From: Octopus bimaculoides
Taxonomy: Eukaryota
DNA: 64,000 nucleotides
Direction: 5' to 3'
Assembly: GCF_001194135.2 (NCBI RefSeq)
Contig: NC_068991.1
Location: 52,551,497-52,615,496 of the forward strand
Shown: positions 37,519 to 53,000 of the stretch, piece by piece
Numbering within the stretch: position 1 is the first letter of the stretch
How the letters are laid out: the number at the start of each line of letters is the position of its first letter
The notes under the pieces: model-generated
Told to the model about the DNA's origin: nothing
The model's input: the letters and a program-made list of their open reading frames with translations, nothing else
The model's database searches: none
Position numbers and translations under genes: made by a program

Positions 37519-39206
37519 GCTGCCTCCTACCTATCCCCTCTCTCCTTGCACTGTTTTTTTTTTTTTGTGTGTGTGTGTGTGTGCTAGATATCTTGTTCTA
37601 GCAATGTTATTCAATCTCTCGCTTACTCATTTTATATACATACACACATTTACATTTGTATTAATACGGAAAAAAAAAATAATAAATATGGCAATATACT
37701 ATAAAAGTAATTATTATTGTAATATTTCAATATAAATAAAGAAACTTATTTCATCTTCTCCTCTTCCTCATCCCTATATATATATATATATATTCAGAAA
37801 AAAATTAAATGGGGAAAAAAGTTAAATTAAATGTATCTTTGACACCCATCTGAGTATCTGTCTCCTCAACATAGTTTTTGTTGAAGTTATTAAATTTTTG
37901 AAAAATTTCGAATACAAAGAAGCAAATAATAAATTTGCTTGACTAAAATGAATTTATTGATTTTGGGTTTGTATTATTTCTTTTACTTTCTTTTCTATTT
38001 ATTTATTGTATGTTTATTTTATTTTATTTTATTCCTAGTAAGTTTATTGATGTTGTATTTCCAGTGTGATAAACCTTACCAAGAATAGTTATTGAAAAAA
38101 GCTCAGATGAAATCTGTCATGGAACTAATTATTTTGTTCCTAATACAATTATTTGAGCAATTATCATTTAAGGAGTTTCATTTAGATAATCAACCCTGTT
38201 CATTCTTGTTTTCTTGTGCTTGCACATATTTGCTGCTGTAATTGTAGATACTAAGAAGTAAGATAATTACTAACAGCTTAAATCCTCTTAGACCTCCACT
38301 TGTTTGTGACTAATCCAAACAAACCATCCAACCGGACTGCTCAGCTGCTTCTTCACCAACTACTAATATACCTTTAGAATGCATCCTTTCATTTATTTCA
38401 CAAATGCTTATGAAACAAACCCTTATTAGACATTTTGAATATAATAGTAAAAGGAGCAATTCTTAAGCATGTTTAAATTAATCACAATAAGTTTTCATCA
38501 TCTGATAACCTGAGACAATAAAATTAAATATTTCTGATACCCAAGGACAAAATTTTAAGTTGGAATTTAAGTGTTGGATATATCCACACATACACATAAT
38601 GGTTGCAGTCTAATGACTGATGCCCAAGAAGTAATGAAAGAAAACGATATAAAAAGTTCAAATAGTATTATTATTTTTAAAAATGGGCAGACGCTATGTT
38701 TATAATATATTATATAAAAATATACAAAGGTGCATTTTCCCCACACTTCTTTGACATAGTGCTTTGTAAAATTGTCTAAGTAAGCACCCACCTATAATGA
38801 ATATATTTCTGTAGGATTTGATTTAAGTCTTCTAAGTTTTGAATAATTCAGACTTGTCTTAAAATGATCTGTGTCTGAATAATTTGAAATTTAGTTACTA
38901 GTGACACCTAAAATCTTTCTACTCTTCTTGTAGGGGGCACCGCAGTAGCTTAATAATGACCCAAGAAGATGTACCAATTTCAGAACAGTAAGAATCATTT
39001 ACTTTTTAAAGGCATTTTTGCATCAACACCTCTATAGAATCCATTTAATGTGTCTATATGATAATCAGCGTTTTCTGAGATACTCTGAGGTGGTCCCTCC
39101 CCTTTGTTACTTGATGTTGGAAAAGCTCTATATACATACACACATACATATATATATATATATATATGTATGTATATATAAATGTGTATATATATATATA
39201 TGTATA

Positions 39207-39275
<69 letters not shown>

Positions 39276-41372
39276 ATATATATGTATATATGTGTGTGTG
39301 TGTATAAACTTTCAAAAAGTAATAGAACAGATACTGTAAGTTCTGATTGATAAATTATCTTTATAAACATCTGTATATCTGCTTTCGTTATTAACTGAAT
39401 AATTCTCAACTATGGTGGTGTTAAAAAACCATATTTGGAATTCTTTTTCAAATACTTTTTTTTAATCACCATTAACCCCTACCTGTCTACCCAGATTCCA
39501 ATCAAAAGTATCCTTTATCCAAAACAGTGTGTATTGCATGGCATCAAGGAGTTCTTCAATGCTTCTATAAAAATATTCTTTAACCAACTAGACTATCAAT
39601 CCTACTCTCTATTTCTGTAATCTCTCTTTGTGATTTGTCTTAATACATAATTACAAATGATTCTGCAATATAGCTTCTTTTTGTTTTTCTGTTTCTTGTA
39701 TTATTTTACACATTCTGGTATTATTACAAATCTGCATTTGTCTCGTTGGCAACTTTCCAGCACTTCTATTGCATTCCTTAATGCTATCATTGCATGTTTT
39801 CTTGCTGTGCTATCATAACTGTTGGTTGGTTTAGTTCTTTTGTATTTCCATCTCCTTTTCCATTTTCATCAGACTGCACTACACTTTGCTCTTGCAAGCA
39901 CTGATCACCATTTAGTCACTTTGTTGTTGATTGCTTAGGTAAAGAAAATGTCTTGATTGCTACCCTGAAATTATTTCGTTTTCCTATGGAGCAAAAGATA
40001 TAAAGTTTATTTCAACAAATGTGTTCATTATTATATATGCATTAAAAGTTAACTCTGTTTTTGTATCTTTTTAAATTACATAATGAAAATACTTGATAAA
40101 ATAGCTAAACATGTATTTGGAATAGATCATGTGACATCATCCAAAATTTCTTATGCCACAAGTGAGATTGACAGATGAACAAAGGGAACTGATTCTGTGA
40201 CTACTTTGAGCAGGTTAACTGAAAAATTGATAATAGTTACATTGTCATCATAACTGGTTGTGTCATGAATCACCAGGAATTGTATACTGATGATTAAGGT
40301 AAAAGGAAGTTCCTGGAGTTCTCCTTTGCAAATAATGAAACTATTTCCAACAAATCAACCAGCCAACTACTCATCTTCCACACCTGAGTGATTTTGCCTT
40401 CAGAAAAAGGAAAGTGATTGTGACCATCTCAAATCAGTCCATTTATTTATCCATCCATCTTCTCCACTCACTATTCTTAGATGAGTCTTGGAATATGCAT
40501 TAAAGCACCTCCTCCATAGGACCATATCAGAAGCAGCCTTCATTAAACTTCCCTGTTGGCTTCTTAAGCAAGCCCAACTGAGACTATGAATATTGTCCAA
40601 CTATCTCTTTCTTGATCTACCCTTAGATCTCCTGCTGGTTGGCACGGCTTGAAGAATCTGTTTTGTGATTCTTTCCTGTGACATTCTAATCTGTAATACT
40701 GGTACTGTGACCTCGCATTGTGGAAAAGTAGCAGCTTGACCTGGAGATACTCCTTGATCTTCAGGTTACACACACTGTTGAGTAACGTCACTCCAGAGAG
40801 AAAGTATAGAATTTACATCCCTCTCTGTTAAATGAAATTGTTAGTCAGCACAAATGATATATGACGTAGGATAGAGAAAACAGAGAAGTATAGTTAAGAG
40901 TTTGTTTCACATCATTAGGTGTTCAATAAATAATTTTATGTGGGTTTTCCTGAGGCATTTAAGAGAAGCAGTATGAAGGAAGAGGGCCTGAAGCCTGAGC
41001 AAACAAAACCTAGTTGCTGCATTCTGACAACACCTGTTGGTTTAATCAATTACATATTAGCAAAGTAGGAAATGGCTCAACCCCTATCCTTCAGATTTGG
41101 GCCCTGTTGATTTTTTTTTTTGTTCTCAAAGTTGAAATTCAACATTGTTGCTAATTTCAGATAATAGATTAAAGAAAATTCACTCTTAAGTTCTATGCAT
41201 TACTGTTGAAAGTGCATTTAAAACTGGAGAGAAGAAAGAAAGAAAAAAAAACATTACTAGTGGGGTACCAACAGTAGAGAGAACTATTTTGAAGAATACA
41301 AGCCTGATTAAAATTATAAATAAGCAATAAATTTGTTTTGAAAAAATATGGCTCCTTTCTGGATAGACTGCG

Positions 41373-41421
<49 letters not shown>

Positions 41422-44400
41422 GGGTGCATGAAAGCATATTTATATGTGTGAAGATACTAGGAATTAGCATTTTCACACATTCTCCCCATACTCACACTCA
41501 TACGACAGGCTTCCATACAATTTCCAACAATCAATTCCACTCGAAGCTATTGAAGAAGATTCTTGTCCAAAATACCATACAATGGGACCAAACCTGAAAT
41601 GATATAGTGAGGTGAATTCTTGTAACAATCTACCATACTTGTGCCTAGAGCCATTTTGACAGGTTATATTCCATTCTATGCAAGGGTCCCAATTGTAGCT
41701 TCTGGAAATTTGTTCCATCTGTATTAGCAGAAAGTTCCTATCCAATGTGTGAGAGTCTTGGTATCAAGTATGGAAGCAGTTTGTCATGGTACAGTAGAAA
41801 CACTGAAGTGGCCTCCTAACTATGAATTCCATGAGTTTCTTTAGCTTGCATGCATTTTCTAGAATACAGTTATTGCAGTGACCTCTGTGCAACTGTTACA
41901 TATGGGATAGATATCTTTTGTTCATACCAACTCCCTGTCTGTGGTTATACATAGAATCTCAAGCTGTTTTATCACAAGCTGCTTACAATTCCTATCGTGT
42001 AATTCAAGATTTGATGGACCTCTTTTTGTTTATCAAACCATTGATTTGATGGCTTATCAGAAGTCTGCTATGTCTTTTAGATAGTCTTAAGTAGGAAGCC
42101 TTACAGTTATTTTTAGCTGATTATTCTATTTGTTGGTGATACAGAGTAATAAATTGTATATGTTGATAGTTCGATGAACTAATTGTGAATTCCTTCTTGT
42201 GTAAAAGTATCAGTCAGTTTTTCATTTTTATGGAAATTAACCTCAAAGCAGGGGTGAAATAGGTATCTTAGAGGATTGGCAATTTCTTTACATTTCCTTT
42301 TGGGCATTTAACAAGAATCTTATCACCACTATTAGATTTCTGTATATTTAGAGTTTCTCTCTTGTCTTTCTTCAATCATTTGTTTTAGGGATCACACTCA
42401 CATTATATCAAAACTTGCATGATTTTAGTGGTTGCTCATCAATATTTGGTGGTTTTTCTGCTTAGGTCATTGCCTTTGCCTTTTACTATTGACTGTGTCT
42501 AATGATAATATATATATATATATATATTTTTTTTTCTATACATATATATGTATATAAATATATTTATATACATATATATGTATATAAATATATTTATATA
42601 CATATATATGTATATAAATATATATTTATATACATATATATGTATATAAATATATATANNNNNNNNNNNNNNNNNNNNNNNNNNNNNNNNNNNNNNNNNN
42701 NNNNNNNNNNNNNNNNNNNNNNNNNNNNNNNNNNNNNNNNNNNNNNNNNNNNNNNNNNNNNNNNNNNNNNNNNNNNNNNNNNNNNNNNNNNNNNNNNNNN
42801 NNNNNNNNNNNNNNNNNNNNNNNNGTCTCCTTATGTTTACAAGGGGGAGACAAGCACCTCCACTTAGCTAAGCCTGCATCCAGAGACATGTTTCTGAGTC
42901 TTTGCTCATCATTAGTCTGGAGTAGCAATGGCCTGCTAGTTGGAGATGCCTGTCAAGCTTTTGTGGGCATATAATAATTCTAGTGAAACACATTCACTGA
43001 TTTCAAAAATAGAAATAATACATGTGAATTTCCTTTTACTTTATCTTCCACTCAGCCCCCACCCTTCTTATTAAAATGTACACCCCTCTGTAACTTCCAC
43101 TCTCTGATTTTGAAGCTGGTCAGATCTTTACTTAACCATCTCTTCTTTCTTTGGAGAGGAAAAACGACAAGAATTACTGCAACTTTTTGGTTAGAGAAGC
43201 TCCACACACATTCAAATAATTTTGTTTCTGGATGTTATACTTTGTCCCCTCATCTCAAACAGCACATCTGTAGCCAACCCAAAACCCAAAGAAAACAGTA
43301 TCCTCAGCTCACTCACAACTTTAGTTGCACTTGTTCCAATTATACCAATTACATTACATGAAGACTTTTCCAACATAGTATTAAATGTAGGTGAAACAGG
43401 ACATCACTTGGTAATGGCGGCAGAGGGAGGGCTACTAGAAATATTTCTATAGAGGTTGCCCTGCCACATTCCAGGCAAACTTTTGGTACACAACTTCCCT
43501 CACTATTTCAATTCATCTCACCCGTCCATTAACCACTTTTAATCCAGTTTCTGGAACACCATCCCCCTGCATACATACACTCACACATACATTCCCATCA
43601 AGAGATGTTACTGGTTTTCATATCAAACTCTGCCTTTCTATGGACTGAAACAGCCTCAATTCTCTTTTTTTTTTTAAATCTTCCATCCTTGCTCTACTGC
43701 CCCTCTCTACACTCCCTACTCCTACCCCTCCTCATTCCCACCTCCCCTCCTTACTCATACCTCCCATTGTTACTCCTACCTTCTTTTTTCAGTGTTATGA
43801 CCAGTGTATTCACACACTTGTATTACATTTAAGTATTTTGGGATATTTTATGTTTACATACATGTTTTTATATCCGATATGGTAGGGTCTTATGTATATA
43901 ATATGCTGACTTGAAAAACTTTGATCTCTCGACATTTATGCAAGCAATGATGAAGCAAAGACTTCCTTTAGAGATGTTTAAAATCTATCAACAATAACCC
44001 AGGAATATAACACCTATAAGATCTCTTGATTAAAAACTTCTGGACAAGATAGACAATGCACAGTGAAGTCATCTTGAAAATCAACTGGTAAAAAGCATCA
44101 TCTATGTTTTAGCCATTTTAACTCATCCTTGGGAAAGCATATTCCACTTGGTTGACAAGACTGATCAGTGTGTATATATATATATATATATATNNNNNNN
44201 NNNNNNNNNNNNNNNNNNNNNNNNNNNNNNNNNNNNNNNNNNNNNNNNNNNNNNNNNNNNNNNNNNNNNNNNNNNNNNNNNNNNNNNNNNNNNNNNNNNN
44301 NNNNNNNNNNNNNNNNNNNNNNNNNNNNNNNNNNNNNNNNNNNNNNNNNNNNNNNNNNNNNNNNNNNNNNNNNNNNNNNNNATGGATGTCAGTAACATGG

Positions 44401-46988
44401 TTGCGAGGGAATATCTTAATGTAGCATAAAGCATACTGAATACAAAATATGGTAGGGTCTCACATGGAATATATTTAATTGAAAAAATTTAATCAAATCA
44501 TCATCATCATCGTCGTTTAACGTCCGCTTTCCATGCTAGCATGAGTTGGACGATTTGATTGAGGACTGGTGGACCAAGAGGCGACACCAGGCTCCAATCT
44601 GATTTGGCAGAGTTTCTATGGCTGGATGCCCTTCCTAGCGCTAACCACTCCGAGAGTGTAGTGGGTGCTTTTACGTGCCACCGGCACGAGGGCCAGTCAG
44701 GCGGGTACTGGCAGCGGCCACACTCGAAGTCGTGTATAAGATTATAAAATAAGATTATAAAAGGAATTATAAGACAAAATTTGGCTTTCTCTTTCCCTCA
44801 TATTCTCCCAAACATCTGTATCTACTTCTGTTTAACTTGTCACTATCACATTTCAATTTCGCCCCCTGCTCACTGACCTACTATCAATAACTTTAAATAT
44901 TTTCAGTCCTAATGCCAACTTTGTAAAACACCCCTCTCTCTCTATCCTGAAGCATTAAGATTCTCCTACAACTGCATAACAAACTTATCCAAATTTACAA
45001 CTTCCCAATATGTGTGAGTAGACAGACAGAGATATACATGTGTGTGTAGGTGGACACACACCATCATCATCACCATTATTAAAATTTACTTTTCCATGCT
45101 TGCGTGGGTCAGATGAAACTTTGTCCAAGTATGTTTTCTATGGCCACATGCCCTTATGTCACCAACCCTCACCTGTTTCCAACCAAGGTAATATTTACTC
45201 ATTGCTAGACATGCATGTACAGAATATTGGAAATAGATGACACTGCTTGCGTGTTGGTGATGTTTGTTTACAATCATCACATGTTATCAAAACAAGGGTT
45301 CATACAACATATGCACACATCATAGGCTTTCAGTTTCTGTATACTAAATCCACTCACAAGGATTTGGTCAGACCACAGCTATAGTAGAAGGCAGTTGCCA
45401 TGCAGTGGGACCGAATCCAAGAATATATGGTTTCTCCTGAAGATAGCAATGACATGAAACTTGAGTGGCAAAGCAGAGTCTCAGCTTCAGTTTCAATAAA
45501 ACAACAAACCCCCTTCTATCTTTCTCTCTCTCCTCCTGTCGCACATACATGCACACATTGCACTGATCCTCAGGACAGAACTGTTATTACTAATATCTTT
45601 TCTTTTATATCTGTCAGTATAGGTTTGTTCTTTTGTTTATGTATCTTAGTTTTGTTGGTTGGACTTAAGTGTTTTTCCTAGTTTTGTCTTGAAGCATTCA
45701 TTGGTTGGTTTATAATTTGGGTTTGCATTTTCTTTCATTTTTGCTTTTGACATTTTCGTTCAGTTTTCACCTTTCTGTTGGTTACTTATAGGTTTGCTTG
45801 TTTTTATGCTTTTATTGTTTATATTTTTATATACTTGACAGGCAAAAACCTTTGTGTCTTTTAGGGAAATTTTCTTTTTCAATCATTACTCATATTAAAT
45901 TGGTAATTCATACAGAAACTTAGGGGTGTCTTTTGAGGTGTTTGCCATGCTATTGATTACTTTTACATTTTTGTTGATTCTTTAAATTCTATTTTGCATA
46001 AACATATTTGTACGAGATGCCTCATATTTTTGTTTTGTTTTCTTTTTTTCTTAATTTTTAAAACAACTAAATTGTGTAAACAGTTTCATATGTTATTTTG
46101 TGAATTTTTTTTTCTTTTCATGTAATTGGTCACAGTTAATCTTGACATTATGCAAAAATGCTTATTGTTATGTTTGTGTAGTAATTTTTTGTAGCTGTGT
46201 GTAGCCTGATTCCTGTAAGTGTTTCTATATACATGCACATTTGTTTTTTGAGAGTGTGGAGGGTCTGTATTGTTTCTACTATTCTGTTGGTATTGAGACC
46301 TCCATGTCAATAACTCTGATTATAGTTTGAACCATTTTTTGTAGTTAAACTCATTTTAGTGGCTGCAGCATGGCGTAATTTCATTTTTCCTATTAGCTAA
46401 TGTATGCTTTGTGTGTGTATATTGTATTTTACTGTGATGTACTGAAGGGATATCTCTTAACCATTTGTATTAAACTGCTTAGTCTATTATTTCTTATTTT
46501 ATGTTTGTGTTTGTTATTTTTCCTTTAATTCCAGATGTGTTTAGACAAGGACATTGCTTTTCTGTGGAATGTGTTTAAGTGTTGTGTGTATCTAGCTGGT
46601 TGCACTGATATAATTTTACCAGTATTGTTGTCCTACTACTACTGTTGCTTTGTAAACTACATTTTTTTAAGATAGTTTCTAGTTGATGAGCTTGGCCTTC
46701 ATCTGCTACACTTGCATGTGCTTTGTGCTATATGTTGTGTGTTTCTCGATATGTTATTTAGCATATATGACATGCCTTTAATTCTTTTGTACAATTATAG
46801 CTAACTTTTCTATTGAATAGCATGTAGTAATTATGTCCAGCTGAAAGTGTTCGATGATTAGTGATAGAAAGGTTCTTGTCACAATTGTCACATCATTTAG
46901 GCTAAAGGGTGGGTTGAATCAGATAATTTCACTTTTCTAAACTTTTTATTAATGCTGTTCATTTGCATAGCACTGGGCGTGTGTGTGT

Positions 46989-47051
<63 letters not shown>

Positions 47052-50000
47052 NNNNNNNNNNTATATGTATATACTTTGAACCAGTTTAACTTTTTAATCT
47101 TTATTATAAAACGGTTATATTGTTGGATGAGTTTTAATGATTGATGGCTGGAATGTTTGTGTATATATAGAGGGACATGATTTGATTTTGTGTAAGGGTC
47201 GTATTTTCCCATAGTTAAGTTTAATGCCATCTCTAGGTGCTTTAATATGGTTAGGTTTATTTTTATTGTTATTTGAGATGGAACTTTTTGACAACATGAT
47301 TTTTTTTTCTCCTCCGTTGGCTTGTGTATGCACACATGTATCTATAGCAACTATATACTAGAATCAGGTCATCCCCACCCATGTTGCTCACTCACAGTAA
47401 CAAACCCCAACATGTCTTTGGTACTCTGGTGCTGCCCCCTCTCCCAACAATAATACCCTAAGTACAGTAATTTAGAGGGTTGAAATCGGGGAAAGCTAGG
47501 AGGTCATATGATGTTGGGATTCACATAATCATATATTTTAATATGTATACACACACAATGTATATATTCCTAGAATTCTTATGTAAATAGAACCTACACT
47601 GATAAATTTAAACAAATATAAATACATTTTCATATTCCTCTGTGGACAAAATAAACTTAAGATTGTTCTGATTTTAAAAAAACTTTTTCCTTGTAAATTT
47701 ACAAGAGAGCAAAATACATACATTTTCTGTCCACAGAGAGACTCATTGCTTATCACTATTTCTATTAAACACTAAACAATGCCAGACTAATTTGCATACC
47801 TTTGCATTCACTAACGACATGGTTATTTAATTCAATAATTTTATTGGCAATGTGGCATATGAAATACTTTGATTGTAGGTATACTTACAATTATTAAATT
47901 ATGAATGTCACTCAGAAATATAAACATCACTCACAAGGCTTTGGTAAGCCTGAGATTATAGTAGAAGACACTTGCCCAAGGTGCCACGCGATGGGACTGA
48001 ACCTTGAACCTTGTGGTTGGGAAGCAAACTCCTTTATCATCATCGTTTAGCGTCCGCTTTCCATGCTGGCATGGGTTGGACGGTTTGACTGAGGACTGGT
48101 GAGTCAAGAGGCTGCACCAAGCTCAATCTGATCTGGCAAAGTTTCTACAGCTGGATGCCCTTCCTAATGCCAACCACTCCGAGAGTGTAGTGGGTGCTTT
48201 TACGTGCCACCGGCATGAGGGCCAGTCAAGCGGTTCATGCAATGATCACTCTCAAAAGGTGTTTTTTATGTGCTACCTGCTCAAATGTTGTATTTTATGT
48301 GCCGGTAAGGCGACACTGGTAACAATCACACTCGAATGGTGCTTTTTATGTGCCACCGGCACAGGAACTGATCCATGGCCTTGGCAACGATCACACTCAG
48401 ATGTGCTTTTAACATTCCACTGGCACGAGTGCCAATCAAGCAGTACTGTCATTGGCCATGTCAGCAATTTTGATTTGATTTCACTTGCCTCAATAGGTCT
48501 TCGCAAACAAAGATTATTGTCCAATGAATAAGGGGTATTCATAAGTGGGCTGGTTACACCGACTAGCATAGGCCACGGGCTATGGTCTCACTTGGCTTGT
48601 CAGATCTTCCCAAGCACAGCATATCTCCAAAGGTCTCAGTCACTANNNNNNNNNNTTCCCAAGCACAGCATATCTCCAAAGGTCTCAGTCACTAGTCATT
48701 GCCTCAGCAAGGCCCAATGTTCGAAGGTCGTGCTTCACCACCTCATCTTAGGTCATCCTGGGTCTACCTTTTCCACAGGTTCCCTCAACTGCTAGGGTGT
48801 GACACTTTTTCACACAGCTATCCTCATTTATTCGCAACACATGACCATACCAGTGCATTTGTCTCTCTTGTACATCACATCTGATGCTTCCTAAATCCAA
48901 CTTTTCTCTCAGAGCACTTACACTCTGTCGTGTATGCACACTGACATTACACATCCAGCAGAGCATACTGGCTTCATTCCTTGTGAGCTTACACATGTCC
49001 TCAGCAGTCACGGTCCATGTTTCACTGTCATGTAGCATGGCTGTTCGTACACATGCATCATACAGTCTACCTTTTACTCTGAGCGAGAGGCCCTTTGCCA
49101 CCAGCAGAGGTAGGACCTCTCTGAACTTTGCCCAGGCTATTCTTATTCTAGCAGCTATGCTTTCAGAGCATCCACCCTTGCTTCAGACTTGGTCCCCAAG
49201 GTGACAGAAAATATCAACTACTTCTAGTTTTTCTCCCTGGAATGTGACAGAAGTTGTTCTTTGCACATTTTCAGTGTTTATAGTACCTGAGCATTTGTCA
49301 CATACAAAAACTATCTTCCTAGTTAGCCTTCTTTTGACATTGCTGCACCTCTTATGTGTCCATAGCTTACACTGGGTACATCTTATGGAGTTTCTACCTA
49401 CGCTTTTTCTACAGATCAAGCAGGACCATCTACCTGAAGACTTTGGTTTTAGCGAAGTTGACTTATTAAAACTTTGGTTTTAGCTAAGTTGACTCTAAGG
49501 CCCTTCGATACTTTTCCTTGCTTCCAGATCTGATACTTCTCCTCTAGTTCTGATAGTGACTCAGCAATTAGAGTAATGTCATCAACATAGAGGAGCTCCC
49601 TGGGGCATCCTATCTTGAATTCCTCTGTTATTGCCTGGAGGACGATGATGAATAAGAGGGGGCTGAGGACTGACCCTTGGTGGACTCCTACTCAAAATTC
49701 TTCACTGTACTCATTGCCAACCCTCACCCTACTGACAGCATCCCTGTACATGGCTTGCACAGCTCTCACTAACCATCCATCTATCCCTAGTTTCCTCATT
49801 GACCACCAGATAAGGGATCAGGGGACCCTGTCAAAGGCTTTCTCCATGTCAACAAAAGCCAGGTACAGAGGTTTATCTTTGGCTAGGTATTTCTCTTGCA
49901 ACTGTCTTACCAGAAATATAGCATCAGTGGTGCTTTTCCCTGGCACGAACCCAAACTGCATCTCATCTAGACTGACTCTTTCCCTAATTAGTTGGGCTTT

Positions 50001-53000
50001 GACCCTCTATGTGACCTTCATTACCTGATCCAACATCATGATACCTCTGTAATTATTTGTGCCTAAAGTGTCACCTTTACCTTTGTAGTAGCTAACTATA
50101 CGGGTGACTAGGCTATAGCCGACACTGCCAGATATTTTGAGCATCTCTGCGGTGATTCCTGATGGGCCAGGGGCTTTCTCTGTCTTCATACCCTTAATTG
50201 CTTTATCTACCAAAATATTGTCAATTCGGATAGCTGATCCCTCTGTTGGGTCGGCATTGGGCAGACTCTCTTTCTCCCATTCATTCTCTTTATTGAGCAA
50301 CCTTTCATAGTGGCGTCTCAAAACCTCTTTCTTTGCAGCCTCATTTAGTGCAAGTGAACCATCATCCATGCGGACACATTTCTCTCCTTCGACATCACGA
50401 TTCTCTCTCACACACTGTCTTGCAACATGAAATACCTCAAGTCTTTGGTCCTCACGGCACAGAACATTGGCAAATTTTTTCTTATCTGCTTCCTCTGTGG
50501 CTAAATAAACCCGTCTCCTAGCTTTCCTTCTGGCAGTCTGATACAATTCCCTGCTACCACCGTTCTTCCAGACCTTCCAAGCCTGTTTCTTTTCCCTAAT
50601 GGCCCTGTCAAGTACATTGTTCCCTAACATATCTACATACAACTCAGACACAGCCTACCAAACTTGCATTGATTCCAGAAAGGGAGACTTTGAGAGCATA
50701 TATCAGTAGTCCATTTCCTATCTTGTCTCTAACAGCGAAAAAAAAAAAAAGTAATAATAAACCTCAAGCCCTACTTATATCAAGAAAACACCTCACTCTC
50801 TAAACATAAGTGGCACTTAGCAAAATCCCTTGCAGTCACTCCAAGTATGGGCCTTACTTTCACTGAAGATCTATCCTGGTAAGAGCACATCCTTAGCATA
50901 AGTAGGACCATATCCTAAAGACTCACCCTTCTCTTTAGGACACCCACCTCCATTGCAAATTAGGCCCCTTCTTGACAACTATTTCTGGAGAGTTACTCTT
51001 ACTCTTTTACTCTTTTACTTGTTTCAGTCATTTGGCTGCGGCCATGCTGGAGCACCACCTTCAGTCGAGCAAATCGACCCCAGGACTTATTCTTTGGAAG
51101 CCTAGTACTTATTCTATTGGTCTCTTTTGCCGAACTACTAAGTTACGAGGACGTAAACACACCAGCATCGGTTGTCAAGCGATGCTGAGGGAACAAACAC
51201 AGACACACAAACATATACACGTGCATACATATATATATATACATATATACGACGGGCTTCTTTCAGTTTCCGTCTACTAAATCCACTCACAAGGCTTTGG
51301 TCGGCCCGTGGCTATAGTAGAAGACACTTGCCCAAGGTGCTATGCAGTGGGAATGAACCCGGAACCATGTGGTTGGTAAGCAAGCTACTTACCACACAGC
51401 CACTCCTAAGAATTTGTTTCGCATGTGCTCCTACTTCTTACTGCTTCTGTGAATCTGCCACATACCAAGTCTACCTTTTCAATTGGCCTACATATGATCC
51501 TGCTGTACATATTTTGTATTGGGTTCACTTTATGGCATTTTTACTTACTACTTTCCTGCCTATTGAGCATGACCATTTCTGTGATTGTAACATGGTCCTG
51601 TTTCCCCCTACTTACTAAATCTAACATAGCCCTCTCTCTCTCTCTAAATCAGTCTTAAAGCATTAATATTCTCTCTTTCTTTCTGAATTCTAAATTTTAC
51701 TTCCATATTTTGAATTTCTAAGTCTCTGTAATAGATTTAAATATAAGATCTCTGTCATCAACATACAGGAGTTCCTATGAGTTGTCAGTTTTAAATCCTT
51801 CTGATATAACTTGTAGAATTACTCTAAATAGCTGGAGGGTAAAAACTGATCCCTTTGAGCACCAATTTGTATGCTTACCCTGCAGACTATACTTCTATCC
51901 ATGGCTTGCATGACCCTCACAAGCAGTTCATCTCCCCTTAGTTTCTTTAACAATCACCAGATTACAGATTGTGGAATCCTGCCAAAAGTTTTCTCCAAGT
52001 TAAATGCTATATTCTTTGCAAGGTACTTTTCCTGCAGTTGTAGTAAGGGCATCAGTAATGCCACTTCCTGGTATAAAACCAGCCTGCATCTTATGAAACA
52101 TATATCAACCTCCTCAACCTGGGAGGGGATGCTGCAAAGGTCATGGCTGTTCTTTAATAAAATACTTGAGTGCAGATGGGTTTGTTGTAATGTGAGAAGA
52201 GGATTCTGAAGTATCGGGATTGACACTTTTTAGTCTCGGGGAAAGAAAACATCATCATTTAACATCCATTTCCCATTCTGGCCTGGATTGGACTGTCTGA
52301 CAGGAGTTGGCAAGCCAGAGAGTTGCACCAGGCCTCATTTGTCTGTTTTAGCATGGTTTTTATGGCTGGGTACCCTTCCTAATTCCAACCACTTTACATA
52401 ATGTACTGGGTGCTTTATACTTGGCATTAGCACCAGTGCTTTATACGTGGCACCAGCACAAGTGCTTCTTACATAGCACCAATGGGGGAGCTTTTTATGT
52501 GGCACCAGGGAAAGAAATTTTTTTTTTAATATGAAATTAACAGTTGTATGCAAATTATTCGTGCCATACTTAATTTGAGGGTGAAAATGTTAATTAACAA
52601 AACCTATATAAAAATTAGCTTAGTACTACTTTGATTAACAGTTAAGAAATACAAAGCATCTTAATACTTTGTATTGTACAAAAGTATTAAGTAAACAGCT
52701 AACAGTTTCTAGAGTCAGAATCTAATTTATGCAGGATAAATAAAGAAGAAAAGAAAAAAGTTAGTTGCATGGATTGTCTTAATGTTTTAATGTGAAAATA
52801 GAAACTTTACAAGGAATGTAGATGGTCATTGATCTGTGAGATGAGTTGGAAATTTATCATTAGTGACCATGGAACATATATTGACCCAATAATATCCAGA
52901 AATTAGCAAACTGTAAAGACCCTGTTATTTGGATGTTTTTTCTTGACCCCTAAGACTCATAAGGCTGGTGACTTGATTTCTGTGGTGTATATAAGTGACT

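Noticed and set aside
48607-48694. 39-bp direct duplication flanking a 10-N gap
   Set aside because: Typical unmerged contig overlap (assembly artefact), not a target-site duplication.
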